From Clostridia bacterium (GTDB lineage Bacteria; Bacillota; Clostridia; TANB77; CAG-508): a stretch of 64,000 bases of DNA. The stretch lies in the NCBI GenBank assembly GCA_017613275.1, contig JAGAED010000006.1:97207-161206 (forward strand), written 5' to 3'. Made by a program: the position numbers and the translations under genes. Positions within the stretch are counted from its first letter, which is position 1, and every line of letters begins with the position of its first letter. Positions 9,215 to 18,472 of this stretch are shown in pieces. Under the pieces are notes generated by a model that saw only the letters and a list, made by a program, of their open reading frames with translations, had not been told where the DNA came from and did no database searches.

Positions 9215-11350
9215 ATGTTGAAAATGAAGGTTATTAAAAGAGATGGAAGAGCTGTAGAATATAATAAAGAGAAAATCAAAATTGCAATTGAAAAAGCAAA
9301 TCAAGATGTTAGAAAAAGCGAAAGAGCTACAAAAGAAGAGATTGAAGGAATAATAAAATACATAGAAGAATTAAATAAAAAAAGAATGCTTGTTGAAGAT
9401 ATTCAAGATATAATTGAAGAGCAATTGATGGATATGAAACATTTTGAACTTGCTAAAAAATATGTGGTTTACAGATATACAAGAGCATTGGTAAGAAAGC
9501 AAAATACTACAGATGAGTCAATTTTAGGCTTAATCAGAAACGAGAATAAAGAACTTGCAGAAGAGAATTCAAATAAAAATACAATGCTTGCTTCAACACA
9601 AAGAGATTACATTGCTGGTGAAGTTTCAAGAGATTTAACTAACAGACTTTTATTGCCTGAAAACATTGTGCAAGCACATCAAGAGGGAATTCTACACTTC
9701 CATGACGCAGATTATTTTGTTCAACCTATTTTTAACTGCTGTTTAATCAACATTTCAGACATGCTAGACAATGGAACTGTTATGAATGGAAAAATGATAG
9801 AAAGTCCAAAAAGTTTCCAAGTTGCATGTATTGTAATGACTCAAATAATTGCAACAGTAGCAAGCAACCAATATGGTGGTCAATCTGTTGACATGAAACA
9901 TTTAGGAAAATATTTGAGAAAAAGTTATGATAAATATAGAAAAGAAATGCAAGAAAAATACAAGGGAAGACTTACAAAAGATGCCATTGAAGAGTTGGTA
10001 GAAGACAGAGTAAGAGCAGAATTGAAGGCCGGAGTGCAAACTATTCAATATCAAATAAATACTTTAATGACAACAAATGGACAAGCTCCTTTTGTTACAT
10101 TATTCTTGAATTTGGAAAAAGACGATTTATATATTAAAGAAAATGCTATGATTATAGAAGAGATTCTTACACAAAGATTAGAGGGAATAAAAAATGAAGC
10201 AGGTGTGTATGTAACACCAGCATTCCCAAAACTTGTGTATGTTCTAGATGAACACAACTGCTTAAAAGGTGGAAAATATGACTATTTAACAAAATTAGCA
10301 GTAAAATGTTCAGCAAAGAGAATGTATCCAGATTATATTTCTGCTAAAAAAATGAGAGAAAACTATTGCGGAAATGTGTTCAGTCCAATGGGTTGCAGGA
10401 GTTTCCTATCTCCATGGAAAGATGAAAACGGAAAATATAAATTTGAAGGAAGATTCAACCAAGGTGTTGTAAGTATAAATCTTCCACAAATTGGAATTAT
10501 AGCAGAAGGGGACGAAGAAAAATTCTGGAAATTATTAGATGAAAGACTAGAAATTTGCAAAGAAGCTTTAATGTGCCGTCATTATGCTTTACTTGGTACA
10601 AAATCTGATATAAGCCCTATTCACTGGCAATATGGAGCTATTGCTAGAATGAAAAAAGGTGAGAAAATTGATAAATTGCTATATGGCGGATATTCAACAT
10701 TATCTTTAGGATATATTGGAATTTATGAAATGACAAAACTTATTAAAGGTGTATCACACACTGCTCCTGAAGGAAAAGAGTTTGCTTTAAAGGTTATGAA
10801 ATATCTAAAAGATACAGTTGCAAAATGGAAAGAGGAAACAAATATAGGCTTTGCACTTTATGGAACACCTGCTGAAAGCTTATGTTATAAATTTGCAAAA
10901 ATTGATAAAGAAAAATTTGGAAGTATTCCAGATGTTACAGATAAAGGATATTACACAAATTCATATCATGTTGATGTTAGAGAAAAAATTGATGCTTTTG
11001 AAAAACTTTCATTTGAAAGTGAATTCCAAAATCTTTCTACTGGTGGGGCAATTTCTTATATTGAAATTCCAAATATGAAGAAGAATTTGGAAGCATTGGA
11101 GACAATAGTTAAGTTTATTTATGATAATATTCAATATGCAGAAATGAATACAAAGTCTGATTATTGCCATGTTTGTGGTTTTGACGGAGAAATCATTATA
11201 AATGACAAAAATGAATGGGAATGTCCACAATGCGGTAATAAGGATCATGCAAAAATGAATGTTGTAAGACGTACTTGCGGTTATTTAGGTGAGAATTTCT
11301 GGAACACTGGAAAAACTAAAGAAATAAAAGCTCGTGTTTTACATTTATAA
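9215..11350 (+). CDS. nrdD: Anaerobic (class III) ribonucleotide reductase with ATP cone
   Basis: VIKRDG ATP cone, FNCCL, PMGCRSFL, CxxC...CxxC, RRTCGYL glycyl-radical motif. Confidence 0.97.
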   Translation: MLKMKVIKRDGRAVEYNKEKIKIAIEKANQDVRKSERATKEEIEGIIKYIEELNKKRMLVEDIQDIIEEQLMDMKHFELAKKYVVYRYTRALVRKQNTTDESILGLIRNENKELAEENSNKNTMLASTQRDYIAGEVSRDLTNRLLLPENIVQAHQEGILHFHDADYFVQPIFNCCLINISDMLDNGTVMNGKMIESPKSFQVACIVMTQIIATVASNQYGGQSVDMKHLGKYLRKSYDKYRKEMQEKYKGRLTKDAIEELVEDRVRAELKAGVQTIQYQINTLMTTNGQAPFVTLFLNLEKDDLYIKENAMIIEEILTQRLEGIKNEAGVYVTPAFPKLVYVLDEHNCLKGGKYDYLTKLAVKCSAKRMYPDYISAKKMRENYCGNVFSPMGCRSFLSPWKDENGKYKFEGRFNQGVVSINLPQIGIIAEGDEEKFWKLLDERLEICKEALMCRHYALLGTKSDISPIHWQYGAIARMKKGEKIDKLLYGGYSTLSLGYIGIYEMTKLIKGVSHTAPEGKEFALKVMKYLKDTVAKWKEETNIGFALYGTPAESLCYKFAKIDKEKFGSIPDVTDKGYYTNSYHVDVREKIDAFEKLSFESEFQNLSTGGAISYIEIPNMKKNLEALETIVKFIYDNIQYAEMNTKSDYCHVCGFDGEIIINDKNEWECPQCGNKDHAKMNVVRRTCGYLGENFWNTGKTKEIKARVLHL

Positions 11351-11367
11351 AAGAAAGAGGGATTAAA

Positions 11368-11604
11368 ATGTTTGGTAAGAAAAAGGAAAAGAAACCAAAA
11401 ACTCACTCATATGATGGAGTTGTTAATTTAACAAAAAGCATATTTAAAAATAAGGATTACAAAATAGAAAAAAGAGAGGTTACAAAGGAAGATAAAAAAG
11501 CCGCAATTATTACTGCTTTCATTATTATTGGTATTGGTTTGCTTTTGTGGTTTTTACCATTCACTCATAAATTTATTGAAGATGTAATTTTTCTAAGAGT
11601 TTAA
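11368..11604 (+). CDS. Small membrane protein, hypothetical
   Basis: RBS GAGGG; single transmembrane segment. Confidence 0.6.
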   Translation: MFGKKKEKKPKTHSYDGVVNLTKSIFKNKDYKIEKREVTKEDKKAAIITAFIIIGIGLLLWFLPFTHKFIEDVIFLRV

Positions 11605-11621
11605 TGAAGGGGTCAAATGAT

Positions 11622-14600
11622 ATGGGATTAAGAATCATATACGGAAAAGCAGGGAGCGGAAAAAGTGAATTCTGCTTTTCAGAGATTTCAAAAATATTAG
11701 ACACACAAGAAAAAATCTTAATAATAACGCCAGAGCAGTTCTCATTTACAGCGGAAAAGAAACTTATGCAAGTTGCACCAAACAATGCTGTAATAAATGC
11801 AGAAGTAATTACACTAAGCAGAATGGCGCATAGAGTAATGCAAGAGGTTGGAAATTTCAATATTTCCAACCTCTCAGTTAGTGAACCTGAAAATGCAGGG
11901 GAAACAGAAAGGCTTACAAAAGCGGGTAAAGCAATGCTTGTTCAGTCTATTATAGATAAAAATAGAGACAAATTAAAGTTTTTAGGCAAATCAACTGAAA
12001 ATGTAGATTTGTCAATTCAAGCAATTACAGAATTTAAAAAACATAAAATATCAGCTGAAAGTATAAGCGAAAAGCTTGAAACTATGCAAAATGAGTATTT
12101 AAAAACAAAGCTTAAAGACATGAAACTTATTTATGAAAGTTTTGAAAATCAAATTGCAGGAAATTTTTTAGATGACGCAGACCTATTAAATTATTTAGAG
12201 CAAAACCTAGAAAAATCAGAAATTGCAAAGGACGCAGTGATTTACATAGACGAATTTATGGGATTTACAAAGCAGGAATATGGCGTTTTAGCAAAACTGA
12301 TAAAGCTTGCAAAACAAGTAACAATAACACTTTGCATAGATACTTTAAAGCCAAGTGCAAACCCAGTTGCAGACATTTTTTACTCAAATAAGCAAACATT
12401 ATCTAAACTTTTAAATCTATTGGAAGAAAATGATTTAAAATTAGATGAACCAGTTGAATTGAGACAAACTTATAGATTTAAAAATAATGAATTAAAAGCA
12501 TTAGAACAGAATATATTTAGTGCTAAACCCACAAAATATGAGCAAAATGTGGAAAACATAGAGCTATTTTTGGCTAAAAATAAGTATTCTGAAGTCGAAA
12601 ATGTTGCAACAAAAATAACAAATCTTATAAAAAATGAAAATTATAGATATAATGAAATTGCAGTTATTGCAAAAGATTTAGCTGGATATTCAAGCTTAAT
12701 TCGTGCAATTTTTGCAAAATATGAAATATCAGTTTTTATAGATGAAAAGAGAGATCTAAATCAAAATGTAATTATAAAATATATCCTTTCAGTGCTAGAG
12801 GTTCTAAGCAAAAACTTTTCTTATGAAAGTGTTATAAATTACATCAAATCAGGCTTTTCAGATTTAGATGATGAAGAGATTTTTAAACTGGAAAACTATT
12901 GCACAAAATTGGGAATAAAATATAACAAATGGAAAAAGGATTTTGTGTTTGATAAACAGTCAAAACCGGAAGAAATTGAAAGATTAAACGAGGTTAGAAA
13001 GCAAATAATTGAACCATTAGATGAATTAAGAAAAAACCTAAAATCTCAAAAGCAAGCACAAAAAATGTGTGAGGAAATTTATTCATTTTTAATGAACCAA
13101 AATATTGAGAAAAAAGTCATTTTAAAACAGCAAGAACTTGAAGAACTGGGCTTTATAGATTTTGCTAAAGAATATAAAAAAAGTTATGAAATTATAATAA
13201 ATCTTTTAGATGACATTGCTTCAATTTTTTCAAATGAAAGTATGACAATAGAGAAGTTTATAGAAAGTTTTAAAATTGGTTTAAGAAATAGTAGCTTAGG
13301 AAAAATCCCTGGAACTCAGGACCAAGTAATAGTTGGAGATGTTGAAAGGTCAAGAAGTAATAAGGTTAAAGCGATTTTTATTATAGGAATAAATGACGGA
13401 ATTTTCCCAAGCAACAACAAAGATGAGGGATTTTTTAACGATAATGATAGAGAAAATTTGAAAGAAGAAGGACTAGAGATTGCAAAAGGCACAATAGAAA
13501 ATCTTTATGAAGAAAATTTTAATATTTATAAAGCATTCTCAACAGCAGAAGAAAGACTATTTTTGTCTTATGCTTCAACAGATAGTGATGGAAAATCGCT
13601 AAGACCATCTGTAATGATTTTTAAAATCCAAAAAATCTTTCCAAAGCTTGAAGAGGAAAGCGATGTAATAAATAAAAAATATGAAATTGTGAATTCAAAA
13701 GTAACCTATGAGGAGCTTTTGGAGAATATTTATAAATTGCAAAATGATGAAAAAGTAGAGCCAATTTGGTATATGGTTTATAAATATTTTAAGGAGCAAA
13801 ATGATTGGAAAATTAGACTGGATAATGATTTGCAAGGACTTATTTATACAAATAATCCTAATGATATTTCTAAAGAAAATGTAGAAAAATTATATGGAAA
13901 TACTTTAAATACAAGTGTATCAAGACTTGAAAAATATAGAAGCTGCCCATTTTCTTATTACTTACAATATGGTTTAAATTTGAAGGAGAAAGAGGAGCTG
14001 AAAATTCAAAGTTTCAATACAGGTTCATTTATGCATGAAACAATCGATACATTTTTCCAATATGTAAAACAAGAAGATATCAAATTGCCATATCTTTTGG
14101 AAGATGAAGAATTGATTGAAAAATTGGTTTCTAAAATAATAGAAGAAGAACTTGAATTAAGCAAAAACATAGTGTTTACAGCAACTCCAAAGTATAAAAT
14201 TCTAGTAAAACGTTTGAAAAAAATAGTTACAAAAGCTTTAAAATATATTATAGAAGGATTAGTTTATAGTGAGTTCGATATTTCAGGGACAGAGGTGGAA
14301 TTTGGCAAAAAGAGCGAATATAAGCCAATTATATTGAATTTAGAAGATGGAAAACGAGTTGAAATTACAGGTAAAATTGATAGAATAGACACAGCTCAAG
14401 ACGAAGAAGGAAGATATCTAAGAATTATAGATTATAAATCTTCAGCAAAAAATATAGATTTAAACCAAGTATATGCAGGAATGCAAATTCAGCTTTTAAC
14501 ATACTTGGATGCAGTGTGCAAACAAGAAGACCTAATGCCAGCTGGAATATTGTATTTTAGCCTATTAGAGCAGATGGTCAAGTCAGATAAAAAAATAACA

Positions 14601-15017
14601 GAAGAAGAAATAGAAGACGAAATTCGTAAAAACTTCAAAATGAAAGGTCTAATCTTAGCAGATGTAAAAATAATAAAACTACATGATAAGACTTTGCAAA
14701 CAGGGTCATCTAAAATTGTGCCAGCAGGATTAACAACTACTGGAGAAGTAAATAAAAGATATACTTCAGGAGTTGGCAAAGAAGAATTTAAAATTTTACA
14801 AGAATATATTTACAAAACAATAAAAGACATTTCAAAAGAAATATTAAAAGGGAAAATAGATATAAAACCATACAATAAAAAAGGAAAAACACCATGTGAA
14901 TACTGCTCATACAAAGCCATTTGCGGATTCAATACTAAAATGTGTGACAATAAATATAACTACATTCCAAGTGACTCAGCAGATGATGTAATCTTGAAAA
15001 TGAAAAAAGAAATTTAG
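11622..15017 (+). CDS. addB: Helicase-exonuclease AddAB subunit B
   Basis: GKAGSGKS, PEQFSF, SVSRLEKYRSCPF, GKIDRID, IIDYKSS and C-terminal Fe-S cysteines PCEYCSYKAIC. Confidence 0.95.
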   Translation: MGLRIIYGKAGSGKSEFCFSEISKILDTQEKILIITPEQFSFTAEKKLMQVAPNNAVINAEVITLSRMAHRVMQEVGNFNISNLSVSEPENAGETERLTKAGKAMLVQSIIDKNRDKLKFLGKSTENVDLSIQAITEFKKHKISAESISEKLETMQNEYLKTKLKDMKLIYESFENQIAGNFLDDADLLNYLEQNLEKSEIAKDAVIYIDEFMGFTKQEYGVLAKLIKLAKQVTITLCIDTLKPSANPVADIFYSNKQTLSKLLNLLEENDLKLDEPVELRQTYRFKNNELKALEQNIFSAKPTKYEQNVENIELFLAKNKYSEVENVATKITNLIKNENYRYNEIAVIAKDLAGYSSLIRAIFAKYEISVFIDEKRDLNQNVIIKYILSVLEVLSKNFSYESVINYIKSGFSDLDDEEIFKLENYCTKLGIKYNKWKKDFVFDKQSKPEEIERLNEVRKQIIEPLDELRKNLKSQKQAQKMCEEIYSFLMNQNIEKKVILKQQELEELGFIDFAKEYKKSYEIIINLLDDIASIFSNESMTIEKFIESFKIGLRNSSLGKIPGTQDQVIVGDVERSRSNKVKAIFIIGINDGIFPSNNKDEGFFNDNDRENLKEEGLEIAKGTIENLYEENFNIYKAFSTAEERLFLSYASTDSDGKSLRPSVMIFKIQKIFPKLEEESDVINKKYEIVNSKVTYEELLENIYKLQNDEKVEPIWYMVYKYFKEQNDWKIRLDNDLQGLIYTNNPNDISKENVEKLYGNTLNTSVSRLEKYRSCPFSYYLQYGLNLKEKEELKIQSFNTGSFMHETIDTFFQYVKQEDIKLPYLLEDEELIEKLVSKIIEEELELSKNIVFTATPKYKILVKRLKKIVTKALKYIIEGLVYSEFDISGTEVEFGKKSEYKPIILNLEDGKRVEITGKIDRIDTAQDEEGRYLRIIDYKSSAKNIDLNQVYAGMQIQLLTYLDAVCKQEDLMPAGILYFSLLEQMVKSDKKITEEEIEDEIRKNFKMKGLILADVKIIKLHDKTLQTGSSKIVPAGLTTTGEVNKRYTSGVGKEEFKILQEYIYKTIKDISKEILKGKIDIKPYNKKGKTPCEYCSYKAICGFNTKMCDNKYNYIPSDSADDVILKMKKEI

Positions 15018-15024
15018 CATAAAA

Positions 15025-15107
15025 GAAAACCTTGTTTTTTGGGACACCCCCAAAAAACAAGGTTTTCAAACTTTTGGGAAAGCTTTTGGGGACACTCCCC
15101 AAAAACA
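15025..15107. repeat. GGGACAC-core palindromic repeat cluster (REP-like or terminator)
   Basis: AAAACCTTGTTTTTTGGGACACCCCCAAAAAACAAGGTTTT plus a second partial copy; related copies at 15916-15951 and 63960-64000. Confidence 0.75.
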
Positions 15108-15143
15108 TGATTTTCAAACTTTTTTGGAGTGGTCCAGAATTCC

Positions 15144-15852
15144 TTATTCACAGAAATAATCTATTATACCACTGTAAATTCCCCAAGCTAGCCTATTTTG
15201 GTAATCGTCATCTAGCAATTGTTTTTCTTCTTCTGGATTTGACAAAAAGCCACATTCGACTACTGTTATAGGTATTTCAACATGTCTAATAATATAAACA
15301 TTATCTATAGTTTTAGACACTCTTTTATTTTCCTTTTTGATTGCGTTATTTAAGCTGTTTTGGATTGCGACTGCAAGTTTTTTGCCGTCAGCACTTCCAT
15401 CTTTATAAAAAGTTTGCCACCCGTAATATTGACTTTGGGGAATTTTATTCAAATGTATAGAAACAAACGCATCTGCGCTACTTTCGTTCCCAATTTTTAC
15501 CCTATTATGAATATCTGAAATTTTCTTTTGTCTTAAAGTTTTGCTATCCAAATCATAAATCGCATTTTCATCTGAACGAGTTAAAATTACAGTACATCCA
15601 CTTTGTTCCAATAAATTTTGCACTTTTAATGCAATTTTTAAATTTGACTCTGCCTCTGTGGTTCCATTAGTAGACTGAGCTCCCTCATCAGGTATTCCAT
15701 GCCCAGCATCTAATACAACTGTCTTACCGCGAAACAGGCAAAGAAACAGTCTCTTTTAAAGGTTCTTTGGCTGTTGTAAACATGAATGTGAAAATTGATA
15801 AAGTTGCACACAAAGTTGCAAGAATAATTTGTTTTTTTCTTAAAACTAACAT
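15144..15852 (-). CDS. cwlD: Germination N-acetylmuramoyl-L-alanine amidase CwlD, 235 aa after a +1 shift at CGGT (15729-15726)
   Basis: RBS AGGAGA and ATG 15852; signal anchor, then LPVS-G-KTVVLDAGHGIPDEGA...E...SIHLN...VECGFLSN. Confidence 0.88.
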
Positions 15853-15983
15853 AACAAAAATCTCCTAATATAAATTTTACTAAATTATATTAAGATTTTT
15901 AAATAATAGAACAATAAAACCTTGTTTTTTTGGACACTCCCCAAAAGTTTGAATATTTTTTAATAAACTACTAATACTACTTA

Positions 15984-16250
15984 ATGGTGGTATATGTGAA
16001 GGTTTCTTTTATAAAATTTAAAGATGATAAGGATAGATACAAGTTGGCTAAAATGGTTGGAATGGACGTTTTTGAATTGGACTCGCCAGAGGACATAGAT
16101 AAGCAAATTGAGGAACTCCAAAGTCAAAATTATAACACTATTTTTATTCCTAATTCATTGGCAAGTTTTTCAAATGACATTGTTAACAAATATAAGTATA
16201 GTGAAAATTTAAAAATTATTATTACACCATCATCAGAATATTATAAATAA
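15984..16250 (+). CDS. Hypothetical protein, weak resemblance to V-ATPase subunit F
   Basis: 88-aa ORF; the resemblance is by eye only. Confidence 0.5.
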   Translation: MVVYVKVSFIKFKDDKDRYKLAKMVGMDVFELDSPEDIDKQIEELQSQNYNTIFIPNSLASFSNDIVNKYKYSENLKIIITPSSEYYK

Positions 16251-16258
16251 CTATTAGA

Positions 16259-16367
16259 TTAAATATATATTCTTCCCGGGTCTCCCCATTCACACAGTTC
16301 TAACAGGCAAAGCCTGAAAGAACTGTGGAACGGTCCCCACTTGACCACTCACAGAATATATATTTAA
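16259..16367. repeat. Structured intergenic element family A, copy 1
   Basis: Core TTCCCGGGTCTCCCCATTCACACAGTTCT...AGAACTGTGGAACGGTCCCCACTTGACCACTCACAGAA inside a 15-bp inverted repeat. Confidence 0.9.
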
Positions 16368-16439
16368 CCATTTTTGTATATAAAAAATATTTCTGGAAAT
16401 AATTTTAATAATAATTTTTTAATTATAGGAGTGGTAGGA

Positions 16440-16763
16440 ATGGATGTTAGTAGTATGAAAAATATAGTTGTTTTAAAAGATTTGCCTTCTAATATAATTG
16501 ATGAGGCGATTGTTGTTTTGAAGAGTAATAAGAGGGTTAAGAATCTTGAAAAAATTGAAAATTGTAAGTTTTCTGGTTCTGAGAATGACAAGAAAAAAGA
16601 TAATAAATATGTTTTAAAAGAAGCAGAAATGTTGGTTTCTGACTATATTGCCAAAATTGATGAGAATAAAAAGCAGGTAAAAAAAGTTAATGTTAAACGT
16701 TTAAAAACTATCGCGTTCATTTCTTCTACTATTGCTCTTTTAGAGTGCTTATTATTGATTTAA
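16440..16763 (+). CDS. Conserved clostridial hypothetical protein
   Basis: MKNIVVLKDLPSNIIDEAIVVLK motif, C-terminal transmembrane segment, RBS GGAGTGG. Confidence 0.7.
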   Translation: MDVSSMKNIVVLKDLPSNIIDEAIVVLKSNKRVKNLEKIENCKFSGSENDKKKDNKYVLKEAEMLVSDYIAKIDENKKQVKKVNVKRLKTIAFISSTIALLECLLLI

Positions 16764-16861
16764 AAAATAAAATGGTGAGAAGCACCATTTTATTTTTTTA
16801 AATCATAAAAACAAAGTCCAAGCATATAGTTTAAAAGGTGAAATAACGAAGGAGGAACTAT

Positions 16862-17779
16862 ATGGAAAGAACAATGTCGGTAGAAGAGAAAATCAGAAGG
16901 GCAGAAGAGATTTATGCTAGACGAAATAACTGCAATTATGCTAATACTGCAAGGGTTAGAGTGAATGGCAAGGAGAAGAAAGACATAAAGGTTTTTAAAA
17001 AGCTTATTATTCAAATTATGATTTGTCTTTTTATTTATGGCGTTTTTTATTTAGTAAAAAACAGCAATTACATATTTTCTGAGGACTTTGTGAATAAGGC
17101 GAAAGAGGTCCTTTCTTATGACACAAACTTTGGAGAGCTTTATAATAATGCTAAAAATGCAATAATTGGCTTTTTTAATAAAGAAGAACAAGCTGATAAC
17201 ACACAGGTAAATAATTCTGAACAGGGTAATGAACAAGAAAACAAAAATCCAGCAGAAAGTGAAACAAAAACAGAAAATCAAGAAACTGAAAATACAAATA
17301 CATCACAAGACGGAATTGGTGGAACAGCTGAAACACAAGAACCTGCACCTGTTCTTTCAGAAGAGGAACAACGAATTCAAACTATAAAAAACACAACATC
17401 TTTTATAAAACCTGTTGAAGGTCCGATTAGTTCAAAATTTGGTCTAAGAAATCCAACAACCAAAACAGTTCCTAAAAACCATACTGGAACTGATATTAAG
17501 GCTAATACTGGAACTAAAATAAAATCTGCAACAGACGGAGAAGTTGTGCTTGCTTCTTCAGAAGGCGACTATGGCAATCATTTGAAAATTCAAATTGGGG
17601 AAGTAAGCGTGATATATGCGCATTGTAACAAACTATATGTAAAGCAAGGAGATAAGGTTACACAAGGCCAAGAAATTGCAGAGGTAGGCTCAACAGGGAA
17701 CTCTACTGGTCCACATCTTCACTTTGAAATTCGTTTAAATGAAACTGCAATTGATCCAGAAAAAATATTGCAATTATAA
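16862..17779 (+). CDS. M23 peptidase-domain membrane protein, SpoIVFA-like by position
   Basis: HTGTD, YGN, YAHC and STGPHLHFE M23 motifs; immediately upstream of spoIVFB. Confidence 0.85.
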   Translation: MERTMSVEEKIRRAEEIYARRNNCNYANTARVRVNGKEKKDIKVFKKLIIQIMICLFIYGVFYLVKNSNYIFSEDFVNKAKEVLSYDTNFGELYNNAKNAIIGFFNKEEQADNTQVNNSEQGNEQENKNPAESETKTENQETENTNTSQDGIGGTAETQEPAPVLSEEEQRIQTIKNTTSFIKPVEGPISSKFGLRNPTTKTVPKNHTGTDIKANTGTKIKSATDGEVVLASSEGDYGNHLKIQIGEVSVIYAHCNKLYVKQGDKVTQGQEIAEVGSTGNSTGPHLHFEIRLNETAIDPEKILQL

Positions 17780-17790
17780 AGGAGGCTCTG

Positions 17791-18430
17791 ATGAGATTTC
17801 GAATTGATTTAAAAATATTTGCTTTTATAATCATTTTTATAATAACACGACAAATCGAAATATATTCTGTGATGATGGCATTTGCAATAATCCACGAACT
17901 TTCACACATGGCAGTTGGAATAATTCTGGGATTTAAGCCGGAAAAAATAGAACTAAATCCACTTGGACTTTCACTTGCATTTAGGCCCAATTGGGATGAT
18001 TTTAATTTAAAAATAAAAAAAGCGAATGCCTTGGAAATAAAGAAAATAATAGTTGCATTAGCAGGACCAATTGCAAATCTAGCAATCGCAATTTTGGTGG
18101 GACTTTTTGCCACGCCAAGTATAATGGTAAGCACAATTTTTTATGCGAATTTATTAATAGCAATCTTTAATTTATTACCAATCTATCCTTTAGATGGACG
18201 GGAGAGTCTTACAAGGAATTTTACATATAATTTTCGGAAAGTGGAAAGCTAAAAAACTTATAAATGACATATCTTATGCAGTTGTTGTAATTTTGACAGC
18301 AATTTCTAGCATAGCAGTTTTTTATTACAAAAATTTCGCGATAGTAGCTATAATTGCATACTTGTGGGCGATTTTCCTAAAAGCTGATGCAATTTATAAA
18401 AATTCCCTTGCAAATATTATAAAAAAATAG
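17791..18430 (+). CDS. spoIVFB: Site-2 (M50) protease, SpoIVFB-like, 212 aa after a +1 shift at CGGG 18199-18202
   Basis: HELSH, AGPIAN, and FNLLPIYPLDG-G-RVL completed by the shift. Confidence 0.85.
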
Positions 18431-18472
18431 TAAACTAATAATAACTAATGAGATACTAAGGAGGAAATAGAA

